Under the pieces are notes generated by a model that did not search any database, was not told the origin of the DNA, and was given only the letters and a program-made list of their open reading frames with translations. DNA of 20,030 nucleotides from Candidatus Altiarchaeota archaeon. GTDB lineage: Archaea > Altiarchaeota > Altiarchaeia > IMC4 > SCGC-AAA252-I15. Where the stretch lies: NCBI GenBank assembly GCA_043800705.1, contig JAZDMS010000042.1, positions 1 through 20,030 of the forward strand. The letters are read 5' to 3'. Both the position numbers and the translations under genes were made by a program. Shown piece by piece: positions 1-8,064 of this stretch (position 1 is its first letter; every line of letters begins with the position of its first letter).

Positions 1-1
1 T

Positions 2-3000
2 GGCTTTCACGATCTGCTCGTAGTTTTCCCGAAGCTGCTCCTTCATACTCTCCCTGTCCGTGACGTCCCTGAAGATGTAGATGGCCTCATTGACAGTCCT
101 GTCGGCGACGACGGGGAATGCCTTCACCTCGTGATATCTCCTTCCGTCGTCGTATTGGTGGTTGTGGATGGACTCCGATGTCCTGCCGCTTCTGAACACC
201 TCCCTTACCACGCAATTGCGGCATGCGGATTTGGCGTCGTGGATTATGTCAAAGCACTTCTTCCCGAGGCAGTTCAGGTTGGGCCTGCCCACCCACCGCT
301 GGAAGGCCTTGTTGTAGCTGACTATGTTGTATCTGCGGTCCAGGACGACTATGGATTCGCTTATGCCGTCGAGGACCGTCTCCAGGTGGGTTTTCACGTC
401 GAGGATCTCCTTCTGGGCGGTTTTCCGGTCCGTTATGTCGCGGAAAATGTCCAGGAATCCGTCCTCGCCCCTGTACTTCAGCGGCATGGACACCACGTCG
501 ACGTCGACGTGGGATCCGTCCTTGCGCAGGAGCATCTCCTCCACCCGGGGGGCTATCGTACCCTTTCTTCTCATCATGCTGATGCGGTCGTTGACGATCT
601 TTCTGGATTCCGGATGTACTCCTTCCAGGAACGATTTCCCGATGGGCTCGTTCATGTCCTTAAAGCCCGTAATCTTCGCTGCGGCCTTGTTCATGTAGAC
701 GACCCTGCCTCCGGAATGGATTGCTATCCCATCCGGCGCGTTTTCGACGAGCATCCTGTACCTCTCCTCGCTATCTCTCAAGGCCTCCTCTCCGATTTTT
801 TTATCAGTGACGTCATTGATGACTGTCACGACCCTCACGACCATATCCCCCTCGAATACGGGCAGCTTCCTTGTTTCCGTGTACATGACCCTTCCATTGA
901 CCGTGTTCACGTCAAATGTTGTGATGGCCTTCCCCGTCTTGAACACCCTCTCGTATTCGTCTCCGACACTCTTGGGGAGGAATGGGAACACCTCATATAT
1001 GCTCCTTCCTATGACTTCTGTGGTCAGGCCGGCGCCCTTATTGAATTGGACGAGCTCATCATTGCATATCAGGATCCGCATTTCCCTGTCGACAAGGTGT
1101 ATGAAGGCCTTCATGGCGTTGATCGTCGTGCGGTACCTTATCTCGTTCTCCTTGAGGGCCTCTTCGGCAGTCTTCCGTTCCGTGATGTCTTCGATCATGG
1201 CTATATACCATCGTAGTCCCCCATCCTTGTCGTGTATCCCGGATATCGTCGACGACGCCCAGAAGACCCCCCCATCCTTCCTCATGTACCTCTTCTCGGT
1301 CTTGTAGACGGGGGCCTTCCCCCTGGCCATGCTCATTATGCCCTCCCAGTCCTTGGCTACGTGGTCAGGGTGGGTGATGTCCTTGAACGTCTTTGCAGTC
1401 AGTTCCCTCTCGCTGTAGCCCGTCATCCTGCAGAACACCTCGTTTGCCTTGGTGAACCTTATCGTCTCCGCGTCTGTCATCGCCATCCCGAGGGGGCCGG
1501 TCTCGAAGACCTTCCTGAAGCGCTCCTCGCTCTCCCTTAGGGCTTCCTCGGCCTTCTTCCGTGCCGTTATGTTCCTCGACATGCCGAGGACAGATTTCAC
1601 CCTGCCTGCTTCGTCTTTGAGGGGGATAAGCCACGTGTCCAGGGTCAGGGTCCCCAGGAGCGGGAAGCTGGTGATATTCTCGATGTAGGTAGCCTCGCCG
1701 GTCTGGAACACATTCTGGATGGATTTGGCCTGCCTGGCATGCTCCTTCGGGAAGAGCTCCCCTATACGCTTTCCGACCATCTCTTCGGAGGGGCGCCCGA
1801 AGGCCTTCGCGCTGATCCTGTTGGCGTAGCTGACGAGGCCCTCGCGGCTGATTATAAATATGAAATCCTGGGAGGATTCGGAGAGCGCCCTGTATTTTTC
1901 CTCGCTCTCCCGAAGCGCCTCTTCGGACTTCTTCCGCTCGCTTATGTCCCATGCGGTTATGATGATGCCCTTGATGCTCGGGTGCGAGAGCATGTTCTGG
2001 CCGATGGCCTCAAGGGACACCCAGTGCCCGTCCCTGTGCCTGAAGCGGAACTGAGTAGGGATGTATTTGTTCACCGCGTCGACCACTTCTCCAAAGTCCT
2101 TTTTCACGAGTTCAAGGTCCTCCCTGTGGATGAAGTCGAAACCCCTTTTTCCGATGAGGTGTTCCTGCTCAAATCCGAGGACCCTCGCAGTCGAGGGTGT
2201 CGCGTACTTTATCCGGGTGTCCGTGTCGAGGATGAACACGACCTCCGAGAGGTGCTGGACGATGGACCTCCAGCGCTCCTCGCTGTCCCTGAGCGCTTTT
2301 TCGGCCTGCAGCCTCTCGACCTGCGCCCCGAGCTCCCAACCGATGGATGTGAGCACCTTGCGCTCTTCGCTGCTGACGGTGTGCTTCTTCCTGCTCACGA
2401 GGTTCATCGTCCCGATGACGCGCGTGCCTGCCATTATCGGTATGATTATTATGGACTCGAATCCGTAGGATGCGCGTTCCGGGGAAAAATTCCGGTAGTC
2501 GTCTGTGGCCATCACCTCCCCGTGCCGCAGGGCGTCGGCGTACTTAGACGTGTCGGGCTTCATTACCCCGGCAGTTTTTAAGAAATCTTCAGGGATGTTT
2601 TGGTGGCATATCAGCCTCGCCATGCCATCCCCCTCGTCGAAGAGGTAGACCCCTCCGGCATCGAATTCCATGAGCCTAATCGTCTGTTCGAGGGCGAGTT
2701 TCATGAATTTGGGGAGATTTTCGGCCTGGATTGAGGATGTGACAATATCGTTAAGGGTCTCGAGCATCTTCGCCCTCGACGACAGCTCCACGGTCCTCTC
2801 CCTTACCTTCTCCTCTAGGCCGTCCCGGACTATGCGGAGCTCCTCCTCTATCTTGTTGCGTTCGGTGAAATCCCGTATTATCCCCACTATGTACTTTTTG
2901 CCGTCCTTGCTGGTGTAAAGGGTCTTCTTGGTGACGATGGTCCTGGTGACTCCTTTTGCGTCGGTGAACCGCTCCTCGTTGACGTTCTCCCCGCCCGTGG

Positions 3001-3268
3001 TGAACACGAGCTCATCCTTCTCCCAGAAAACGTCGGCTTCGCCCTTGGGGAAGAATTCGTAGTCGGATCTGCCGATAAGCATCTCCCTGGGGTGGCCCAT
3101 GAAGATGCATAACGCGTCGTTCAGGAGGACCCACCTGTGCTCCCGGTCCTTGACGAATACGGGGTCAGCGATGGAGTTTACTATGTTTATTAACGTATCC
3201 TCGGATATGGCGATTACCGCTTCAGTCTGAGCGTCCTTTGGTCCACCTTCAGGCGGGCTTTCCGTCAT
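2..3268 (-). CDS. Multi-sensor PAS/GAF protein, probable histidine kinase (3'-partial; PAS-GAF-PASx6, >1089 aa)
   Basis: Not in the ORF track because there is no stop in the window. Translated by hand from ATG 3268 (ATGA overlap with the receiver stop): MTESPPEGG...IVNSIADPVFVKDREHRWVLLND...GIIRDFTERNK (PAS), then FDAGGVYLFD...SIIIIPIMAGTRVIGTMNL (GAF), then six more PAS units, mostly joined by D(I/V)T-ERK-x-AEEAL-RESEERYR-type linkers, ending ...IFRDVTDRESMKEQLRENYEQIVKA at the window edge. The kinase domain is inferred, not seen. Confidence 0.93.
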   Translation of the reverse strand, partial: MTESPPEGGPKDAQTEAVIAISEDTLINIVNSIADPVFVKDREHRWVLLNDALCIFMGHPREMLIGRSDYEFFPKGEADVFWEKDELVFTTGGENVNEERFTDAKGVTRTIVTKKTLYTSKDGKKYIVGIIRDFTERNKIEEELRIVRDGLEEKVRERTVELSSRAKMLETLNDIVTSSIQAENLPKFMKLALEQTIRLMEFDAGGVYLFDEGDGMARLICHQNIPEDFLKTAGVMKPDTSKYADALRHGEVMATDDYRNFSPERASYGFESIIIIPIMAGTRVIGTMNLVSRKKHTVSSEERKVLTSIGWELGAQVERLQAEKALRDSEERWRSIVQHLSEVVFILDTDTRIKYATPSTARVLGFEQEHLIGKRGFDFIHREDLELVKKDFGEVVDAVNKYIPTQFRFRHRDGHWVSLEAIGQNMLSHPSIKGIIITAWDISERKKSEEALRESEEKYRALSESSQDFIFIISREGLVSYANRISAKAFGRPSEEMVGKRIGELFPKEHARQAKSIQNVFQTGEATYIENITSFPLLGTLTLDTWLIPLKDEAGRVKSVLGMSRNITARKKAEEALRESEERFRKVFETGPLGMAMTDAETIRFTKANEVFCRMTGYSERELTAKTFKDITHPDHVAKDWEGIMSMARGKAPVYKTEKRYMRKDGGVFWASSTISGIHDKDGGLRWYIAMIEDITERKTAEEALKENEIRYRTTINAMKAFIHLVDREMRILICNDELVQFNKGAGLTTEVIGRSIYEVFPFLPKSVGDEYERVFKTGKAITTFDVNTVNGRVMYTETRKLPVFEGDMVVRVVTVINDVTDKKIGEEALRDSEERYRMLVENAPDGIAIHSGGRVVYMNKAAAKITGFKDMNEPIGKSFLEGVHPESRKIVNDRISMMRRKGTIAPRVEEMLLRKDGSHVDVDVVSMPLKYRGEDGFLDIFRDITDRKTAQKEILDVKTHLETVLDGISESIVVLDRRYNIVSYNKAFQRWVGRPNLNCLGKKCFDIIHDAKSACRNCVVREVFRSGRTSESIHNHQYDDGRRYHEVKAFPVVADRTVNEAIYIFRDVTDRESMKEQLRENYEQIVKA

Positions 3269-3633
3269 GCTAGCGCCTTTTTAACGTGCTTGATGAGCTT
3301 CTCCCTGTCGAACGGCTTGGTTATGTAGTCCGAGACGACGTCCTGGAGCCCGAATATCTCCACCCCCGGGCCCTTCTCGACAGTCAGGATGATCACCCTG
3401 GTCTTGTCGGTCACCCTGTTCTCCTTGAGTTTTTTCAGCGTAGTCCACCCGTCCATCTGCGGCATGCGGATGTCGAGGATTATGAGGTCGAACTCCTCCC
3501 TCGACGTCTTCTCCAGGCATTCTTTGCCGCTTGCGGCGCTCGACAGGGTAAATCCGGCCTGAGCGAGCACCAGCCTGAGTATGTCGACCATGTCAGGCTC
3601 GTCGTCCACAACCAATATCCTATTCTTCTTCAT
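3265..3633 (-). CDS. Stand-alone CheY-like response regulator (receiver domain only)
   Basis: Motifs ILVVDDE, DLIILDIRMPQMDG (phosphoacceptor Asp), IILT and DYITKPF. ATG 3633 is preferred to 3645 because it follows GGTGAGGAG and overlaps the upstream stop. Confidence 0.96.
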   Translation of the reverse strand: MKKNRILVVDDEPDMVDILRLVLAQAGFTLSSAASGKECLEKTSREEFDLIILDIRMPQMDGWTTLKKLKENRVTDKTRVIILTVEKGPGVEIFGLQDVVSDYITKPFDREKLIKHVKKALA

Positions 3634-5119
3634 TCTCCTCACCACCCTTTACGCTCGCTGGGCTTGTCACGATCGCCTTGCCCTTGTCGGTCACCTCGAG
3701 GAACTTGTACCTGCCCTCGTTCAGTATCCTCAAGAGGCCCTTGCTTTCCAGCTCGTAGATCCTCTTACGGGCCGTGGTCTTCGTGATCAAGAACTTCTTC
3801 GTGATGCTCTTGAACGACGGAGTCCTCCTCCTGAGGTTTTCCGCTGAAACAAATAGGAGAACTGAATATAAAGGTTCGCCCAGGGTGATCTTGTCGGCGT
3901 TGGTGAGGTCTTCGAGCTCCTGGGTGAGGAGGGCCAGCTTCTCCCGGCTCAGGGTCGACGGGTCCAGCGAAATGAGCAGCATGCACCTCGATGCCATTAT
4001 GATGTCGTTCAGGTTGTGTATGAACTTCAGGACCGTGTTGAAGTCGTTCTCCGTGATGAGATAGTCCAGGCGCTGGATGAGGATGATCGAGTCTATGTCG
4101 AACCTGATGAAATCCTTAATGATGAAGGCAATCCTATCCAGGTCCGTCGGCTTGACAGTCTTCTCGTCGGTCTTTGCGTTCGTCATCCAGAGCACAGGCG
4201 TCGTCCTCAAGCCGAAGCTTTGCCGCACTCGGGAGGGTTGCGTCCTTGTGAGCATGAGTCCGTGGTGGTTGTGTGTGACGAATTCCGTGAATATCTCCAT
4301 GCTCTGGGTCGGGGTCTCCTCCAGGATGAGGTAACAGTACCCCTTCTTCAGCCGGTATTTCTGCGGCTTCTTGTCTTTTTTCTCGCCGAGGGGTATCAGG
4401 TGGACTCCCCGCGCCTGGGCCTCGAGTATGAGCATGACCACCGTTACCAGGAGGAGGAGTACGGCAAAACACTGCGTCAGCACCCCGACGAGGCGTATGA
4501 CGTATTTGGCTCCTGAGCCTATCCCGTAGACGTATACGTAGTTGACGAGCACCGGGTCGACGATGAGGAGCATGGACCCGAGCCTTGCGCTGGAATAGGC
4601 CAGGAGCCTGTACCTGGGTATGTAGTTCTGCGTCAGCTTGCCGATCGCAAGGAAGACGAGCACCATGGACGTGACCGAGAGGTTGTAGGCGATCAGATGC
4701 CATGCCGTCGCATCGTTCGTGTAACCCGCAAAGAAGGAGATGATGGGTATGACGATGCCTATCAACGCGAGCCCCTTCACCGTGTTCTGTGTCCTGTCGA
4801 GGCTTATCTTCTGGAAGTTCAGAAGCTGCAGCGACGCAAACGCGGCGATTATCGTCCCCAGAAGCAGGATCGTGCTGGCTATGAGCTGGCTCTCCGAGGT
4901 CGTGTCGCCGTAGACGCTGATGTAGTAGGATGTGATGGCGGGATACGCGGTCGCCAGAACCATGGCGACGATATACGCCCTCCACTGGGTCTTGAAGCGC
5001 GTGTAATGTTCTATGCAGTATGATAAGATGGCAAGCGACAGCAGCGGGATAACCCACGTCACCAGGCTCAAAATGTTTGCTACGGTGTTAACCAAAAACC
5101 ATTCCCCTTGTGCGGGCAT
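3620..5119 (-). CDS. Membrane protein with about 7 TM helices, DUF835 (degenerate KaiC-like) domain and C-terminal winged helix-turn-helix
   Basis: Seven hydrophobic segments in aa ~15-232. DUF835-type motifs GLMLTRTQP, PVLWMT, VKPTDLDRI, IILIQRLDYLITENDF, VLKFIHNLND, LLISLDPSTL. wHTH-like tail PSFKSITKKFLITKTTARKRIYELESKGLL...LEVTDKGK. Confidence 0.85.
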   Translation of the reverse strand: MPAQGEWFLVNTVANILSLVTWVIPLLSLAILSYCIEHYTRFKTQWRAYIVAMVLATAYPAITSYYISVYGDTTSESQLIASTILLLGTIIAAFASLQLLNFQKISLDRTQNTVKGLALIGIVIPIISFFAGYTNDATAWHLIAYNLSVTSMVLVFLAIGKLTQNYIPRYRLLAYSSARLGSMLLIVDPVLVNYVYVYGIGSGAKYVIRLVGVLTQCFAVLLLLVTVVMLILEAQARGVHLIPLGEKKDKKPQKYRLKKGYCYLILEETPTQSMEIFTEFVTHNHHGLMLTRTQPSRVRQSFGLRTTPVLWMTNAKTDEKTVKPTDLDRIAFIIKDFIRFDIDSIILIQRLDYLITENDFNTVLKFIHNLNDIIMASRCMLLISLDPSTLSREKLALLTQELEDLTNADKITLGEPLYSVLLFVSAENLRRRTPSFKSITKKFLITKTTARKRIYELESKGLLRILNEGRYKFLEVTDKGKAIVTSPASVKGGEENEEE

Positions 5120-5150
5120 GTACCAACCACCGGTAACTAATTAGAAGCCG

Positions 5151-5158
5151 TATAAAAA
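5151..5158 (-). promoter_or_regulatory. Putative archaeal TATA box for the 7TM-DUF835 operon
   Basis: Minus strand reads TTTTTATA about 32 nt before ATG 5119, with a GGTGG SD-like motif just before the ATG. Confidence 0.55.
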
Positions 5159-5202
5159 TACCACTATGTTGTCACTATCCCTTTTCTGGCACTGAGGTAG
5201 AG

Positions 5203-6267
5203 TCAATGAACCGTTTTCTTTTCCTCGATGTACAGCCTTAGATAATCCGTTCTGCCAGCCTGTTGGGCCTTTTCCCTGTATCCCCCCCTCCTTGCGATCC
5301 TGTCGAGGGCCTTGTTGGTTCCGCTGCCGTATTGTGCGGCCTTTTTCACCCTGTCTGCGACATAATCCGGGACGCCCATCCTCCTGGCAAGCATTTTGAG
5401 AGCGTATTTTCTGATGAATCTACGCCCACGGATCACATCGGACGAAAGGTCCTCGGTATTCGGTTCTCGGTTTTCGGTTCTCAGTTCTCGGTTTTCGGTT
5501 CTCAGTTCTCGGTTTTCGGTTCTCAGTTCTCGGTTTTCGGTTCTCAGTTCTCGGTTTTCCGTTTTCGGTTTTCGGTTTTCCGTCAAGACTGAATACTGAG
5601 GACTGGAAACTGCAGACTGGGAACTGGAAACTGAAAACTGAGGACCGTAGACTTCGCGTATCTTCAGATCCAGCGGCATCCCCCTGGCGTAGTTCGAGAA
5701 TCCCCTATCCAGGTATGGGAACCTCAGTTCGCATCCGTTGGCCTTGTTCATCGCGATGTCCCGCTCAAGGTTGTCCTCATACGCGTTTTCCCAGTCTTTC
5801 TCCATCCACAGAGCCACGGCTTCCGGCCCCTTCTCGAGCATGCATTCGAGGTATCTCCAGTATCCTCCGAACAGTTCGTCGCCGCCCTGTCCGCAGAGCA
5901 TCACATCCATTCCATCCTCTTTGGCGGCCTTCGAAGCCGCGTAGAACGGGATCCCGACGCCGACGTCGATGGGGTCCGGCTCATCCAGGAGCGACAGGAC
6001 CGTCGGGACGAGACGCTCGACGTCCTCTTGCCCGAGTATGACGTGCCTGATCCTGAACGGGGCGGATTCCTCCAGCATTTTCGCGAATTTCGTGTCTTCC
6101 GCGCCTTCTACGCCGACGTGGTATGCGGTGACTTTCGCATGTTTCGCGGCCGTGTATGCGACCAGGGCTGAATCGACGCCCGCGGAGAATACTATCCCCA
6201 CTTCCGGTTCAGAGACGGATTTTACGGCGCCGTCGAACAGCCTCTCGAGGTCTGTCAGCCAGTCCAT
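5203..6267 (-). CDS. Asparagine synthase C-terminal (PP-loop synthetase) domain protein without a glutaminase domain, with an in-frame repeat insertion
   Basis: PP-loop FSAGVDSAL, CGQGGDELFGGY, LRFPYLD and the C-terminal motif RKYALK...VP...RVKKAAQYGSG. No N-terminal Cys1 Ntn domain. Confidence 0.88.
   Translation of the reverse strand: MDWLTDLERLFDGAVKSVSEPEVGIVFSAGVDSALVAYTAAKHAKVTAYHVGVEGAEDTKFAKMLEESAPFRIRHVILGQEDVERLVPTVLSLLDEPDPIDVGVGIPFYAASKAAKEDGMDVMLCGQGGDELFGGYWRYLECMLEKGPEAVALWMEKDWENAYEDNLERDIAMNKANGCELRFPYLDRGFSNYARGMPLDLKIREVYGPQFSVSSSQSAVSSPQYSVLTENRKPKTENRELRTENRELRTENRELRTENRELRTENREPNTEDLSSDVIRGRRFIRKYALKMLARRMGVPDYVADRVKKAAQYGSGTNKALDRIARRGGYREKAQQAGRTDYLRLYIEEKKTVH
5453..5648. 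repeat. Bipartite heptamer tandem repeat forming an imperfect inverted repeat
   Basis: 5453-5585 holds 19 units of consensus TCRGTTY, including 4 exact copies of the 21-mer TCGGTTTTCGGTTCTCAGTTC at 5467-5550. It directly abuts 9 units of consensus RRACTGR at 5586-5648, the reverse-complement type. Confidence 0.95.
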
Positions 6268-6291
6268 GTCTGATGATTAGGCGCATCCCGC

Positions 6292-6305
6292 ATATAAGAC
6301 TTTTT
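6292..6305 (-). promoter_or_regulatory. Putative BRE/TATA promoter for a leaderless asparagine-synthase-like transcript
   Basis: Minus strand AAAAAGTCTTATAT ends about 25 nt upstream of ATG 6267. No SD motif. Confidence 0.55.
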
Positions 6306-6370
6306 GCCGGATGAGGCCGCGGCCAGGACCGCCCCTTTACCGCTCCCACAGCATTTGAGGCCAATTCCTT

Positions 6371-6378
6371 CTTATATG
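6371..6378 (+). promoter_or_regulatory. Putative TATA box for the beta-CASP gene (leaderless)
   Basis: CTTATATG about 25 nt before ATG 6403. The divergent promoter has the same CTTATATG core. Confidence 0.5.
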
Positions 6379-6402
6379 TAGCTACTCCCTATCTGTAGAA
6401 AC

Positions 6403-7650
6403 ATGAAACTTACCTTTCTCGGCGGCGCGATGGAGGTCGGAAAGTCCTCCGTACTCCTTGAGACTGACGGCCTGAAGGTCGTCTTCGACTCGGGAATCAA
6501 GCTGACGGAGCCTCCGACCACCCCGATCGGCGCAGAAGACGTCGACGCCGCTTTCCTGTCGCACGCCCACCTCGACCACTGCGGCAACCTCCCTGCGCTG
6601 CACAGGGTCAACAGGATGCCCGTGTACGGGACTCCCATAACGTTCGAACTGTCGCACATGATACAGGCGGACAGCATCAAGATAAACAAGCTCAAGGGGT
6701 ATCCGCTGACGTATTCCGAGAAGGACATAGCGAGGATGGTCGAGGGGGAGATACACGTCCAGTATGAACGGCAGTACCGCTTCCACGACAAGGTCGACTT
6801 CAGGTTCATCGACGCGGGGCACATCCCAGGCAGCGCGGGGATATTGGTGGAGTCTTCGGAGAAGTCGGTCTTCTACACCGGAGACACGCATTCGACCGAT
6901 ACGCGCCTGATGAAGAAGGCCCAGTTTCCGGAACACGCCGACGTCGTGATCTCGGAATCGACGTATGGCAACCGGATGCACCCGCCCCGCAAAGAGGTCG
7001 AAAAACAGCTATTGGACGAGGTCGACGAAGTCCTCGGCCGCGAAGGTGTCGCCCTGCTGCCTGTTTTCGCAATAGGCCGCACCCAGGAAATCCTCCTCCT
7101 GCTCAAGGACCTGGAGTGGCCGGTCTACCTGGACGGCATGTCAAAGAAGGCTTCCCAGGTCATAATGAAACACCCGGATATGGTGAAGAACTCCATGCAG
7201 CTGCAGGAGGCGGTCGACAACACCCTCTGGATCAAGGACTCCAATCAGCGAAAGCGGATATGCAAGGAGCCTTGCATCATAGTGACAACTGCCGGGATGC
7301 TGGAAGGCGGCCCGGTGATGGACTATATCAGGTACCTGCACAAGGACGCGAACAGCAACATAATACTAACCGGCTACCAGGTCGAGGACACCAACGGCCA
7401 CCTCCTGATGGAGAAGGGGTACATCCTCGACCAGCTTTCGAACAACAAGTTCAAGGTGGCGATGAAGGTCAGCCAGTACGACTTCAGCGCCCACAGCGAC
7501 CGCGACGAGCTGGAGCGGACCATAAAGGCCATGAACCCCGAGCACGTGGTGCTAATGCACGGCGCGAGGGAGTCGATAGAGGACCTGAAGACGAGGTTCG
7601 AGGGGATAACCGTCCACACCCCGGAGCTGGGGCAGGAGATAGAGCTCTAG
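6403..7650 (+). CDS. MBL-fold beta-CASP ribonuclease (short aCPSF-type, no KH domains)
   Basis: Motifs LGGAMEVGKS, SHAHLDH, AGHIPGS, YTGD, ESTYG, FAIGRTQE, GMLEGGP, GYQVEDTNG, FSAHSD and LMHG. Confidence 0.95.
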   Translation: MKLTFLGGAMEVGKSSVLLETDGLKVVFDSGIKLTEPPTTPIGAEDVDAAFLSHAHLDHCGNLPALHRVNRMPVYGTPITFELSHMIQADSIKINKLKGYPLTYSEKDIARMVEGEIHVQYERQYRFHDKVDFRFIDAGHIPGSAGILVESSEKSVFYTGDTHSTDTRLMKKAQFPEHADVVISESTYGNRMHPPRKEVEKQLLDEVDEVLGREGVALLPVFAIGRTQEILLLLKDLEWPVYLDGMSKKASQVIMKHPDMVKNSMQLQEAVDNTLWIKDSNQRKRICKEPCIIVTTAGMLEGGPVMDYIRYLHKDANSNIILTGYQVEDTNGHLLMEKGYILDQLSNNKFKVAMKVSQYDFSAHSDRDELERTIKAMNPEHVVLMHGARESIEDLKTRFEGITVHTPELGQEIEL

Positions 7651-7677
7651 CAATCCTCTTCTCGTTCGGAGGCATAC

Positions 7678-8064
7678 CTAGGCGGTCGGTATATATTCGA
7701 CGTTCTTCTTGTCCTTGAAGTGCTGGTCTGATGTCACGATCAAAGCCTTATGTCGTCTGGCCGTTGCATAGATTATCGCATCCGCCATGCCAAGCTCTTC
7801 GGCGACGCTGATGTCAGCCGCATCCAATGCAAGGGCTTCATCCAGATTGATGACAGTTGTGTAGTGGGTTATGTAGGCGTGGGCTTCGATAGCCTTGTCC
7901 CGGCCCACAGAAGATTTCAGCCGTTTGTAGACTTCATAAATGACGACGGAGGGTGTGAAGTACTGGTTTTTATCCGCCTTATCTATATGGGCAGCGTAAC
8001 GGTGGGCTAGTCTTCCGTCGCAGAAGTATTCGATCCAGCCGTAGCTGTCAATCAAAACGTTCAC
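7678..8064 (-). CDS. vapC: VapC PIN-domain toxin
   Basis: VLIDSYGWIEYF, VIYEV, LGMADAIIYATA and IVTSDQHF give the acidic PIN tetrad. The GTG start overlaps the end of the antitoxin gene. Confidence 0.95.
   Translation of the reverse strand: MNVLIDSYGWIEYFCDGRLAHRYAAHIDKADKNQYFTPSVVIYEVYKRLKSSVGRDKAIEAHAYITHYTTVINLDEALALDAADISVAEELGMADAIIYATARRHKALIVTSDQHFKDKKNVEYIPTA

Noticed and set aside
131-2918. Long ORFs in the track (131-1216, 807-1307, 1739-2581, 1365-1952 and others)
   Set aside because: Antisense or out-of-frame shadows of the PAS/GAF gene, with no recognisable motifs.
4420-5090. 7TM region as a microbial rhodopsin
   Set aside because: No retinal-binding Lys (DxxxK) within helix 7 and no RYxDW-like motif in helix 3.
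5453-5648. Repeat array as a CRISPR array or intein
   Set aside because: Units are contiguous with no unique spacers and no cas genes are nearby. There are no intein splice motifs (N-terminal Cys, C-terminal His-Asn).
6306-6362. GC-rich spacer with a GGCCGCGGCC palindrome as a possible small RNA
   Set aside because: No tRNA cloverleaf or convincing C/D box pair, and such a palindrome is plausible by chance at this GC content.
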